Assembly: GCA_034430335.1 (NCBI GenBank)
Contig: DAOUES010000096.1
Location: 1 to 48,896 of the forward strand
Direction of reading: 5' to 3'
Origin: Anaerolineae bacterium
GTDB lineage: Bacteria > Chloroflexota > Anaerolineae > Aggregatilineales > UBA3940
DNA length: 48,896 nucleotides
Below are positions 1 through 8,580 of the stretch, piece by piece. Below the pieces are notes generated by a model. That model was not told where the DNA came from. It saw nothing but the letters and a program-made list of their open reading frames with translations, and searched no databases. The stretch's first letter is position 1, and each line of letters begins with the position of its first letter. Made by a program: the position numbers and the translations under genes.

Positions 1-390
1 CGCCATCTGCGTTTCGCCGAGCAGGTCTTTCTCGCCCAACTCTTCGAATATCTCGATGGCCTGCCGGTAGGCTTTGATCGCCTTTTCGGTGTCTCCCTGG
101 CTGCTGAACAGTGGTGCCAGGTTTCCCAGCGCCTGGGCCTCGCGCCCTTTATCCCCCGCCTCGCTGAAGATTTCCCTGGCCTTTTCGAGTTTCTCTGTCG
201 CGGCGCTGAGGTCGCCGTCCATCCGGTAGACGACGCCCAGGTTGTTGAGCATTTCCCCGGCATTGATCGTATCACCTGCCGCTTGGTACGCTCCGTAGGC
301 GGCTTCGAATTTTTCGAGCGCCTCGATATAGGCTCCTTCGTGAAATAGACGCTGGCCTTCCTTGTTTAAGTTTTCTGCCTGGTTGGTCAT
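1..390 (-). CDS. TPR-repeat protein, N-terminal 130 aa only (the gene runs off the left edge)
   Basis: My translation of the minus strand from the ATG at 388-390 gives MTNQAENLNKEGQRLFHEGAYIEALEKFEAAYGAYQAAGD..GEMLNNLGVVYRMDGDLSAATEKLEKAREIFSEAGD..AQALGNLAPLFSSQGDTEKAIKAYRQAIEIFEELG. These are 34-aa TPR-like units. A GAGAGG RBS lies just upstream. The ORF is open to position 1 and is absent from the ORF track because it has no stop in the window. Confidence 0.75.
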   Translation of the reverse strand, partial: MTNQAENLNKEGQRLFHEGAYIEALEKFEAAYGAYQAAGDTINAGEMLNNLGVVYRMDGDLSAATEKLEKAREIFSEAGDKGREAQALGNLAPLFSSQGDTEKAIKAYRQAIEIFEELGEKDLLGETQMA

Positions 391-408
391 CTTACCTCTC
401 GATGAAAA

Positions 409-1158
409 TTATAAGGTGATATCAAGGATGCTTTCGGCAATTGTCCTGAGTTTCCCGACTTCCATTTCGCTGAGTTCCATCGCCAGTTCGAGATAGCTGC
501 GATTGATTGGCCTCAGGATGAACGACCTTAGTTCGGCTGGAAGGTCGGCAAATGCATCGTAATCGCTGCGACTTTGAAGCCATTCGCCCACCGGCCCATG
601 CCTGTCGATCAGATCGTCCAGGCTGGCTCTGAATGAAAGTGTGAGTCTTTCGAGTTGGCTCAATGTGAGCGAAGTTAGCCCGGCTTCGGTCTGCTCGATC
701 AACTTGGCGCTGATGTCGGTTTCTTCGGCAGTCTGTTCGACCGATAAATTCGCATCTTCTCGCAGTTGGCGCAGCCTGACGCCGATGATTCGCTGCCGGA
801 GCAGCATGATCTCCGGCACACGTTCCTGGACGGCCTTCTCCTGGCGGGTAACTGCCAGCGTGTCGCCGCTCCATAAATGGGATATCGGTACATTGAATAG
901 AAATGCCAGCACTTCCAACTGGGGGAGGGTTGGGGAGGCTTTGCCTTCCTCTAATTCAAGATACTCGTTGACGGCAACACCCAGGTATTCGGCGCACTTC
1001 TCTGGTGTTCTGCCCGCCGCGTTTCGTGCATCGGCGAGCAGCGTTCCCACTATCCGGCCTTTTATTGCCGAACGTTCTAGATCGGCCTCTTCTTCTGACA
1101 GCTTCCCCTCCGAGATTTTCTCTCTGAGGCGTCGGATGTCTTCTAGTTTTCGCCCCAT
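409..1158 (-). CDS. Transcriptional regulator with two tandem XRE/Cro-C1-type HTH domains
   Basis: The 249-aa ORF has two HTH_XRE-like segments (LLADARNAAGRTPEKCAEYLGVAVNEYLELEEGKASPTLPQLEVLAFLFNVP and LRQLREDANLSVEQTAEETDISAKLIEQTEAGLTSLTLSQLERLTLSF). Its stop lies 18 nt before the TPR gene start, which suggests an operon. Confidence 0.8.
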   Translation of the reverse strand: MGRKLEDIRRLREKISEGKLSEEEADLERSAIKGRIVGTLLADARNAAGRTPEKCAEYLGVAVNEYLELEEGKASPTLPQLEVLAFLFNVPISHLWSGDTLAVTRQEKAVQERVPEIMLLRQRIIGVRLRQLREDANLSVEQTAEETDISAKLIEQTEAGLTSLTLSQLERLTLSFRASLDDLIDRHGPVGEWLQSRSDYDAFADLPAELRSFILRPINRSYLELAMELSEMEVGKLRTIAESILDITL

Positions 1159-1402
1159 GTCAGTTGCCTGCTTTCTGGATTAATCCACCTGCGTTTGTAC
1201 CATTTACCTCGTCGGCATTATAGATGTCATCCTACCTGGAGTCAACTATGGTGGTGAGGAAGATCATGAACGGGAAAGGGCAAAAACAATCCCTGATCGA
1301 CCTCTCAGCAGTCTGACGGCGTGCCCTGGAATCCTGGGCCAGTCTTGTCTGTAAAGTTGTGATATTGTAAATATAGGGTATGTGATTGGTTGATTTATTG
1401 GC

Positions 1403-2029
1403 GTGTTTCAGGATATTATAGGGACGTATTCGAAAGCAGGGAATAGCGCACGTCCACATAGAGAGGTCAGGATAGTGGTCACTAAACCACTCGAACCGAG
1501 ACAACCGCTGCCGCTCGATGAAGACCCACAGGTGAGTGCCGCACGTGAGGTTCCGGTTCCGCATGATACGGAGCCGTCACCGCCGCCGCCGGATATCACG
1601 CCTGAGCAGTCTGGCCCCGCCTGGCGGGTATTGTTTAATATCACCGGGCCGCAGCCGACGCAGGTCGGGTTGGACATCTGGCGCGTCACCGTCCTGGGGC
1701 GTGCCGACCCGATGAGTGCTTTCCGGCCTGATATGGATTATGCGCCCTATGGGGCGATGCGTCATGGGGTATCGCGCAGGCATGCGCTGGTTCGCCCCGG
1801 CGAACAGGCCCTGTATCTGATCGATCAGAACAGCACAAACGGGACATGGGTCAATGGTCAGCGGTTGATGCCGGGGCGCGAATTCCGTCTTTCCGATAAC
1901 GACATCATCGAGTTGGGGGCGCTGCGAATGGTTTTACGTGTTGTTCAGTCCCCACGGGACGCCGATATCGCCCAGCCGGTCAGCGAACGCCCCATGCGGG
2001 GCAGGCGGTTCCGGTTTCTTGGTGGTTGA
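1403..2029 (+). CDS. FHA-domain protein with a Pro-rich N-terminus
   Basis: The C-terminal half matches the FHA signature (VLGRADP...GVSRRHALVRPGEQALYLIDQNSTNGTWVNGQRL..REFRLSDNDIIELG). The start is uncertain: an in-frame GTG at 1475 has a GAGAGG RBS 8 nt upstream and may be the true start. Confidence 0.8.
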   Translation: MFQDIIGTYSKAGNSARPHREVRIVVTKPLEPRQPLPLDEDPQVSAAREVPVPHDTEPSPPPPDITPEQSGPAWRVLFNITGPQPTQVGLDIWRVTVLGRADPMSAFRPDMDYAPYGAMRHGVSRRHALVRPGEQALYLIDQNSTNGTWVNGQRLMPGREFRLSDNDIIELGALRMVLRVVQSPRDADIAQPVSERPMRGRRFRFLGG

Positions 2030-2054
2030 TCTGGCTGATGATCTATTGATGCGT

Positions 2055-2089
2055 AAACAGGCCGCACACGCAGCCTGTTTTTTTGTTTT
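2055..2089 (+). terminator. Rho-independent terminator after the FHA gene
   Basis: aaacaggc-cgcacacgca-gcctgttt hairpin followed by tttttgtttt. Confidence 0.6.
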
Positions 2090-2113
2090 GCACTGATCTG
2101 AAAGAACTGACTA

Positions 2114-2806
2114 TCAATCCGACGGCAGCGTGTAGCCAACCCCCGGAACGGTCACGATGTAGCGCGGCTGCCTGGGGTCCTCTTCGAGCTTTTGCCGCAA
2201 ACGCGAGATATTGACCCGCAAGATCGCCAGGTCGTTCCGGTATTCGTCGCCCCATACGCGGCTCAACAGATCGCCGTGCGTCAATACATGCCCCGAATTC
2301 TGGATCAGCACCCGCAGCAGATCGTATTCGGTTGGCGTCAGGTGGACAATCTCATCGCTGACCGTCACGCGCCGTCTCTGGAAATCGACGTGCAGGTTAT
2401 ATCGCTGAAACTCGATCATGTCGCTGGGCTGTGGCGACCACCTGACCCGGCGCAGCACCGCCTCGATCCGCGCTTTCAGTTCCTGGGTGCCGAACGGCTT
2501 GGTCAGATAATCGTCGGCACCGAGCTCCAATCCCTTGACCTTGTCCGATTCGTTGTCCCTGGCGGTCAGGATGATGATCGGCACCGTCGAATAGGATCGC
2601 AGTTCTTCGAGGATTTGGAATCCGTCGATATCGGGCAGTCCCAAGTCAAGTATGATGAGGTCGGGAAGACTGCTGCCGATCATCATTTTTGCCTCGTTGC
2701 CGGTGAGCGCGGTCAGGATGTTATACCCGGCCAGGCTCAACGAAGCCTCGACAAATTTGATGATTTTCGGTTCGTCGTCGATTATCAGTATGTCAGTATC
2801 GCTCAT
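2114..2806 (-). CDS. OmpR/PhoB-family response regulator (REC plus winged helix)
   Basis: MSDTDILIIDDE..DLIILDLGLPDIDG..LTKPF, then the winged-helix segment LTPTEYDLLRVL..RVNISRLRQKLE..VPGVGYTL. I place the start at the ATG at 2804-2806, which has an AAGGGAG RBS and lies 1 nt after the kinase stop. The ORF-track start at 2830 would overlap the kinase. Confidence 0.9.
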   Translation of the reverse strand: MSDTDILIIDDEPKIIKFVEASLSLAGYNILTALTGNEAKMMIGSSLPDLIILDLGLPDIDGFQILEELRSYSTVPIIILTARDNESDKVKGLELGADDYLTKPFGTQELKARIEAVLRRVRWSPQPSDMIEFQRYNLHVDFQRRRVTVSDEIVHLTPTEYDLLRVLIQNSGHVLTHGDLLSRVWGDEYRNDLAILRVNISRLRQKLEEDPRQPRYIVTVPGVGYTLPSD

Positions 2807-2807
2807 G

Positions 2808-4556
2808 TCAATCTCCCTTAGCCAGTACATCTGGTGTTGCTATTGGTAAGCTAAATGTAAAGGTTGACCCTTCATCTACTTGACTTTCTACCCAGATTTT
2901 CCCCTGGTGGGCTTCGACCAGACCCCGGCATATCGCTAAACCAAGTCCAATGCCTTTGCGCACCGAATCGGCGCTGGGATTGCTGGTGCTTCGCGGTATC
3001 TGGTAGAACCGTTCGAAAATATGGTCGATATGCGCCGCCGGAATTCCCTGCCCGTAATCTCTCACCGATACGGTAAGTGTGTTGTCTACTTCCCTGAGAA
3101 TGACGTCAATCGGCGTGCCTTTTGCTGAATATTTCGCTGCATTGTCGAGCAGATTCGCCACGATCTGTTCGATTCTTCTTGGGTCGGCATAGGCGATTGG
3201 GAGATGGCGCGGCGAATCGAAGTTGATCTCTCTATCCGACATCCTGACCCTGGCCGCGCTGATCACGCTCGACATTACATCGACCAGGTTGACCGGGTCC
3301 CTCCGGATGTGAAGGATACCGGCTTCGATTCGGTTCATTTCCAGCAGATTGTTGATCAGTTCGGTCAGTTTGTCGGTTTCCTCTTCGATGTCCGTCAGGT
3401 GTTCGCGGAGTTGAGCCGGTTGCAGTTTTTCGAGATGTTCAAGGATCAGTGACGTGTTTCCCTTTATCGTCGCCAGTGGTGTTCTGAGTTCATGTGAGAC
3501 GGTCGATAGCAGCAGCGTCTTTACTTTGTCGGCTTCCTTGGCTTTTTCGAGAGCGACCGATAGCTCGTCGATGGCCTCGGCCAGTTCCCGTGTCCGCAGT
3601 TCAACCTGCTGTTCGAGTTGTTCGGCATGGAGGCTGACCTGTTCGTACAGGTTGAGCTTGACGATTGCCACCGCCAGTTGGTTCGATATGGTCGCCAGGA
3701 GGTTGAGATCATCCTCGGTTGGAAACGTTTTTTCTGAATTCCCGACCTGGAAAACGCCCAATAGTTCACCGGATTCGGCGACCATCGGTATGCTGACCTG
3801 TGTGATTGGTATTCCGGGGCCTGGCTCTAGATAACTATATGCAGGATGCTCCCGGATGTCTTCTGTAATGATGATCTGCTGTGTCTTCGCCGCTTGACCG
3901 GCCAGCCCATCACCGAGTTTTAACTCCTCTGATCGGCGGATGAGTTTCTCGTCGATGCCGCTGGAACAAACGAGTTCCAGTATTTTGCTGTTGCTGTTCC
4001 ACAGGTAGACTGCTCCCATCCCCCAGTTAATACCCTTGATGACGTCTTCGACCAGCAGCGTCGATAGTTCTTTCAAGTCATAACTGCGGTTGATGGCGGC
4101 TGCCGCCGCGTTTAATAGAGAGAAGCGGTCGGTGCGTTTTGCCAGGTCGACCAGCGCAATCTGGTATGCTGACAGCAGTTCGTTGATCTCGACGACCAGT
4201 TCCCAGAGTTCGTCACGGCTGTCTGTTTCCAGGCTGATGTGAAGCTCGCTGTGGGTAACCTGACCCCTGACCGATTCCTTGAGGTTGGTAAGCCGTTTTG
4301 CAAACTCGCGCGAGTAAGCCCATGAAAATAAAATGGTAGCCAGGACCATTAATGCCGCGAAGCTGGTGAGCGCAATGACAACCGTTTCCGCCATCTGGCT
4401 GCTGCCGAATTTGTAGAGAAAGGCAATCGTGGCGACGAATATCGTAAACTGCCCGACGACGCAGGCAATCAGGAATCGCCTGCCAATCGGCCACGATCTC
4501 GCTGCGGCTTTTATCTGCCTGTCGAACCTGTTGATTAGACCTTTGGTATTATCCAC
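2808..4556 (-). CDS. Sensor histidine kinase (2 TM, HAMP-like, GAF, HisKA, HATPase_c)
   Basis: H-box SHELRTPLATIKG, N-box LLDNAAKY, G-boxes RDYGQGI and GIGLGLAICR. A GAF-like middle region and two N-terminal hydrophobic helices are present. The gene is closely linked to the regulator gene downstream (1-nt gap). Confidence 0.9.
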   Translation of the reverse strand: MDNTKGLINRFDRQIKAAARSWPIGRRFLIACVVGQFTIFVATIAFLYKFGSSQMAETVVIALTSFAALMVLATILFSWAYSREFAKRLTNLKESVRGQVTHSELHISLETDSRDELWELVVEINELLSAYQIALVDLAKRTDRFSLLNAAAAAINRSYDLKELSTLLVEDVIKGINWGMGAVYLWNSNSKILELVCSSGIDEKLIRRSEELKLGDGLAGQAAKTQQIIITEDIREHPAYSYLEPGPGIPITQVSIPMVAESGELLGVFQVGNSEKTFPTEDDLNLLATISNQLAVAIVKLNLYEQVSLHAEQLEQQVELRTRELAEAIDELSVALEKAKEADKVKTLLLSTVSHELRTPLATIKGNTSLILEHLEKLQPAQLREHLTDIEEETDKLTELINNLLEMNRIEAGILHIRRDPVNLVDVMSSVISAARVRMSDREINFDSPRHLPIAYADPRRIEQIVANLLDNAAKYSAKGTPIDVILREVDNTLTVSVRDYGQGIPAAHIDHIFERFYQIPRSTSNPSADSVRKGIGLGLAICRGLVEAHQGKIWVESQVDEGSTFTFSLPIATPDVLAKGD

Positions 4557-4782
4557 TTTATCGGTATTTGGTTTGCAGCCCTAACGAGTCAAGTAAGTGT
4601 ATTAATTATTGGCATTTCGTGGTAGGTTCGCAAATTGAACGGGACTCCAGGCCAGATGTCGGCGAAAAACAACTCCCCCGGCAGCAGGCTCTTTACAGAT
4701 CGGGATGAACGTGTATACTGAACGAAGAAATTATGTTGGCAATCATAATGTATACCGATTCCAGCAGTTTGGATAATGATTT

Positions 4783-5466
4783 ATGAGCATTCCATTGTGG
4801 ACCATTGAGCTGCATGCTCACACCAATTACTCGAAAGATGGTGTTGTTCGCCTCGACGAACTGCAAGACCTCTGCCGGGCGAAAGGTATCGACAAGCTCG
4901 CAATCACCGATCATGACCGTGTCGATGGGGCGCTCACTGCTGCCCGCCTGTATCCCATGCTGGTCATTCCCGGCCTCGAAGTCAAAACCACCAAAGGCGA
5001 AATCCTCGCCTGGTATATCTCCAAAGATGTCCCGGCGGGCCTGCCGCCCGGAGAAACGATAGCGCGCCTGCGTGATCAGGATGCGCTGATCGGCGTTCCC
5101 CATCCGTTTGATCGCTACCGTTCCGGGGCCTGGGAACTCGATGACCTTCTCGAAATTATCGACCTCGTCGACATCGTCGAAGTGTTCAACTCGCGCTGTC
5201 TTCATCAGGCCGACAACGACCGGGCGCTGGCGTTCGCCGAAGAGCACGGTAAGTTGATGTCCTGTGGCAGTGATGCGCACCTGCGATCCGAGTTTGGGCA
5301 CGCCGTCATGCAGTCCGAACCTTTCGCCAATACCGCCGACGGCTTGAAAGCCGCCCTTGAATCGGCCACCCGGCGGGAGAAGCTCAGTGGGATAACCGTC
5401 CATCTCTGGACGAGATTCGTCAAGATGGCAAAACCGTTTATCAGGTCTCTCAACCCCACCGTCTGA
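4783..5466 (+). CDS. PHP-family metal-dependent phosphoesterase
   Basis: N-terminal ELHAHTNYSKDG...ITDHD...GVPHP...GSDAH histidine/aspartate motifs are typical of the PHP fold. Confidence 0.8.
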   Translation: MSIPLWTIELHAHTNYSKDGVVRLDELQDLCRAKGIDKLAITDHDRVDGALTAARLYPMLVIPGLEVKTTKGEILAWYISKDVPAGLPPGETIARLRDQDALIGVPHPFDRYRSGAWELDDLLEIIDLVDIVEVFNSRCLHQADNDRALAFAEEHGKLMSCGSDAHLRSEFGHAVMQSEPFANTADGLKAALESATRREKLSGITVHLWTRFVKMAKPFIRSLNPTV

Positions 5467-5474
5467 GGAGTCAC

Positions 5475-6458
5475 ATGGGCGCGTTCCTGATTGCCGTAGC
5501 TGCCGGTATCCTCCCCATGCTGGTTTACCCGGTGGCGCTCTACTTCCTGGATCGCTACGAAAAAGAGCCGCTCCTGCTGCTCGTGACCGTGTTCCTCTGG
5601 GGATTTATTCCCGCCGCAGTGCTTTCCCTGATTTCGCAACTGATAATCGGCCTTCCTCTGCTCATGCTCGACGAAACCGGCCTGCTGGCAGACCAGGTGA
5701 TGGCGGTCGTCGTCGCGCCGGTATCCGAAGAGTGTTTCAAGGCGATTGCCGTCCTCGCAGTCTACCTGATCTGGCGGCGCGAGTTCGACGGCATTCTGGA
5801 CGGGGTCGTGTACGGCGGGCTGGTCGGGTTCGGGTTTGCGGCGATAGAGAATGTCCTCTACTTCCTCGAAGTCGATGTGGCCGTCATTGTGTTGAGGACG
5901 GTCGTGTTTGGCCTGAATCATGCCTTTTACACCAGCCTGACCGGGATCGGCTTCGGGATCGCTCGCCATTCGAAAAAAGGATTTGTCCGGTTCTTTGCGC
6001 CGGTAGCCGGTTTGATACTGGCGATTGCGGCGCATGTCGTACACAACACCACCGTGACCTTCGCCGAGACTGCTCCCGCTCTTTGCTGTCTTGGCCTTCT
6101 CGCCGATTACGGTGGGATTGCATTTGTCCTCGCGGTGATTGTGTTGACCATCAGGCAGGAGCGGCAGTGGATTGTCGAGCAGCTCCAGGGCGAAATCGAG
6201 ACCGGCACATTGACTCAACAGCAGTACGATATCGCCGTGTCACCGGCCCGCCGGTTTTCTGCCCGTACCGGCAGCCTGTTTTCCGGCGGAGTCAGGTCCT
6301 GGCGTGAATTAGGGCGATATTTTCACGTATTAACCGAACTTGCGTTCAAGAAGCACGCCCACCAGCGTCGAGGCGAAGATGGTGCGCCGCAGGCGGAAAT
6401 CGACGTTCTGCGGGTAAAGTCCGCAGCACTGTCTGAAACATTCCCCGATCTGGCGTGA
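5475..6458 (+). CDS. PrsW-family intramembrane metalloprotease
   Basis: Polytopic membrane protein with an EECFK (EExxK) motif and later LNHAFY and AAHVVHNT His motifs. A GAGGAG RBS precedes the start, which is 8 nt after the PHP gene stop. Confidence 0.75.
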   Translation: MGAFLIAVAAGILPMLVYPVALYFLDRYEKEPLLLLVTVFLWGFIPAAVLSLISQLIIGLPLLMLDETGLLADQVMAVVVAPVSEECFKAIAVLAVYLIWRREFDGILDGVVYGGLVGFGFAAIENVLYFLEVDVAVIVLRTVVFGLNHAFYTSLTGIGFGIARHSKKGFVRFFAPVAGLILAIAAHVVHNTTVTFAETAPALCCLGLLADYGGIAFVLAVIVLTIRQERQWIVEQLQGEIETGTLTQQQYDIAVSPARRFSARTGSLFSGGVRSWRELGRYFHVLTELAFKKHAHQRRGEDGAPQAEIDVLRVKSAALSETFPDLA

Positions 6459-6475
6459 TCGTTCAGGGTAGGGGG

Positions 6476-7108
6476 CTACTGACCTCTCACGTCCTCTAAT
6501 GTCGCCGAGGTATAGACGACATTCAGCGACATGCTGTAGATCACCACGCTGTTGTACTTGTCGATGCTCTCTATTTCGGGAATCTCGTAGTTTTGCGCGC
6601 CCAGCGTGTTTTGCAGTGCGCCCAGGTCGAGATAGTCGGGGAGCAGCGCCTCGGTGCTTGTTCGGGGCATCTCGTGCTGTGAGAGTATCACCCGCAGGTC
6701 CGGCCCATTCGTCACGTTGAATGGGTCGAGGCGCAGGACATACTGCTGCTCGCTGATCTTGTAGATCAATGCCGATCCCTCGCCCCGGTGCATCGAGTCG
6801 ACAATCGTGAAATCCCCGTGCAGGACGACGAACGGGTCGACGCCCACGACATCCTCGTCGAATGCCATCTCGTCCAGGATTTCGGCAACGACCGGGTCGA
6901 GCGTCGGCTCCGGCGTCAGCGTTAGGGCGATGTCGACCGTCGGCGTGGCGGTGAACAGCTCCGACTCCGCCGCAAGCGTGGCGGTAGGAGTCGGGCTTGG
7001 TTGTTCGTCATCACGTTCGAGCAGGGGAGTCAGCCACAGGTTGCTGCTCAGGATGCACATGACGAGCAGTGCGATCATGCCGACCGCTATCCAGCGTTGA
7101 GTATTCAT
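6476..7108 (-). CDS. Membrane-anchored DM13-domain protein
   Basis: I start the gene at MNTQRWIAVGMIALLVMCIL (signal/anchor), ATG at 7106-7108. The C-terminus LHGDFTIVDSMHRGEGSALIYK..LRLDPFNVTNGPDLRVILS..YNSVVIY fits the DM13 pattern. The longer ORF-track start (7399) runs antisense into the upstream gene. Confidence 0.6.
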   Translation of the reverse strand: MNTQRWIAVGMIALLVMCILSSNLWLTPLLERDDEQPSPTPTATLAAESELFTATPTVDIALTLTPEPTLDPVVAEILDEMAFDEDVVGVDPFVVLHGDFTIVDSMHRGEGSALIYKISEQQYVLRLDPFNVTNGPDLRVILSQHEMPRTSTEALLPDYLDLGALQNTLGAQNYEIPEIESIDKYNSVVIYSMSLNVVYTSATLEDVRGQ

Positions 7109-8268
7109 TCCTTGCCGCCTCGTGTTTCTCTCACCAACTGGTCGACGACTGCGATCAGGGCTTCGTGAGCCGCTGCACCTTCGGAAACGGCCTGCTGGTA
7201 AGTCCTGATCTGGCGGTCGGCGCTGCTGCCGTTTCTGGCGATTGTCCGCGCATACTCGACCGCTTCTCTGCTGCCCAGGTCGTCGACCACGTCGTTGACG
7301 AACGTCAGCAGTTGCTCGATTGCTTCGCTGAAAGTGATCTCCGCCTCTTTGTCGAAGTTGATCAGCTTGCCGTTGACGCCATAGCGCACCGCCCGCCATT
7401 TGTTCTCTTTGATCAGGTCACGCCGGTAGATGCGCCAGGTCAGGTTGTTTTCGTAGAGTTTGATTAGCTTGGCGACAATTGCCTGGAACAGCGCGGCGAT
7501 GCAGATCACTTCGTCGAGTGTCGTCGCCGAGTCGCAGACGCGAAATTCGAGGGTGCTGTAGCGCGGGTGTGGGCGGATATCCCACCAGATTCGAGTCGCG
7601 TCGGCCATCTCCGTCACTCCCTGCCCAAGCGCGCCGACTTTCGCCAGCAGCCGGATCACCTTTTCGTATTCGTCCCATGACCGGAATTCCATCGGCAGGC
7701 CGGTGCGGGGCATCGATTCAAAAACGATGCTCCGGTAGCTCTTCAACCCGGTGTTCGACCCCATCCAGAACGGCGAACTGCTCGACAGCGCCAGCAGGTG
7801 CGGCAGGAAATAGCGGGCCTGGTTCATCACGGTGAGCATCAATTCCCGGTTGGCCGGGTCGGGGCCAAACCCGATGTGGACGTGAGTGCCGAAAATCAAC
7901 AGGCTCCTGACCACCTGCTGCATATCGTCGAGGAACTCGACATACCGTTCGCTTTCCGAGATCACCTGGCTTTGCCAGTGCGAAAATGGGTGAGTGCCCG
8001 CCGCCGCGAGCAGCAGCCCTTCCTTGTCCGCGATCTCCGTCATTTTCAGCCTGAGATCGCGGATGTCTTCCCGTGCTTCTTCGACGTTGTTGCAGATTCG
8101 CGTCCCGACTTCGACCTGCGATTTCATGAACTCGGTCTTGATCCGGTCGCCCAGAATCCGGTTGTGATCCAGGAACTGCTGCACATAGGATGTCAGTTCC
8201 CGTGTCTCAGGGTTGATGATCTGGTACTCTTCTTCGATGCCTATATCGAGCGGAATGGATTCGATCAT
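7105..8268 (-). CDS. Carboxylate-amine ligase, YbdK / glutamate-cysteine ligase family 2
   Basis: MIESIPLDIGIEEEYQIINPETRELT.. and its length (387 aa) are typical of GCS2/YbdK. The start is the ATG at 8266-8268. The stop TGA (7105-7107) overlaps the ATG of the DM13 gene (ATGA). Confidence 0.8.
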   Translation of the reverse strand: MIESIPLDIGIEEEYQIINPETRELTSYVQQFLDHNRILGDRIKTEFMKSQVEVGTRICNNVEEAREDIRDLRLKMTEIADKEGLLLAAAGTHPFSHWQSQVISESERYVEFLDDMQQVVRSLLIFGTHVHIGFGPDPANRELMLTVMNQARYFLPHLLALSSSSPFWMGSNTGLKSYRSIVFESMPRTGLPMEFRSWDEYEKVIRLLAKVGALGQGVTEMADATRIWWDIRPHPRYSTLEFRVCDSATTLDEVICIAALFQAIVAKLIKLYENNLTWRIYRRDLIKENKWRAVRYGVNGKLINFDKEAEITFSEAIEQLLTFVNDVVDDLGSREAVEYARTIARNGSSADRQIRTYQQAVSEGAAAHEALIAVVDQLVRETRGGKE

Positions 8269-8297
8269 AACGTTCTCTCGCTTATCGGGCGTTCGGT

Positions 8298-8433
8298 AGC
8301 ACCGCAAAATAACGTGAACAGCCTATTTTGCCCCCTCAACTCCGGCTTTTCACGCTCAGGGTTTAAGTCCCCTCGCCATGAGGGAGAGGGGATTTAGGGG
8401 TGAGGGCCGGGAACCACGCTGTTCTGTGGTGCT
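8298..8433 (+). repeat. MITE-like 136-bp element, full copy 1 (family A)
   Basis: By hand alignment it has 11 mismatches and no gaps against 31445-31580. Imperfect terminal inverted repeats are agcaccgcaaaataacgtg (8298-8316) and cacgctgttctgtggtgct (8415-8433). The internal GC hairpin core is tcccctcgccatgagggagagggga followed by tttaggggtgaggg. Confidence 0.8.
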
Positions 8434-8519
8434 GTCGGGCATTCGCCACCCGCTATTCTACACAATTATTGGCCGATCATACACTACCGGTTTTCGGCGA
8501 TTCCCATCTCCGTCTTAAC

Positions 8520-8548
8520 TCGACAGTCCACAGGGCTGGTGATACAAT
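8520..8548 (+). promoter_or_regulatory. Candidate sigma70-type promoter for the CheY-like gene
   Basis: TCGACA, 17 nt, TACAAT, about 33 nt upstream of the ATG at 8581. A GGGAG RBS sits at 8567-8571. Confidence 0.35.
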
Positions 8549-8580
8549 CCAACTGCCCTGCCTGATGGGAGTATCATCAC

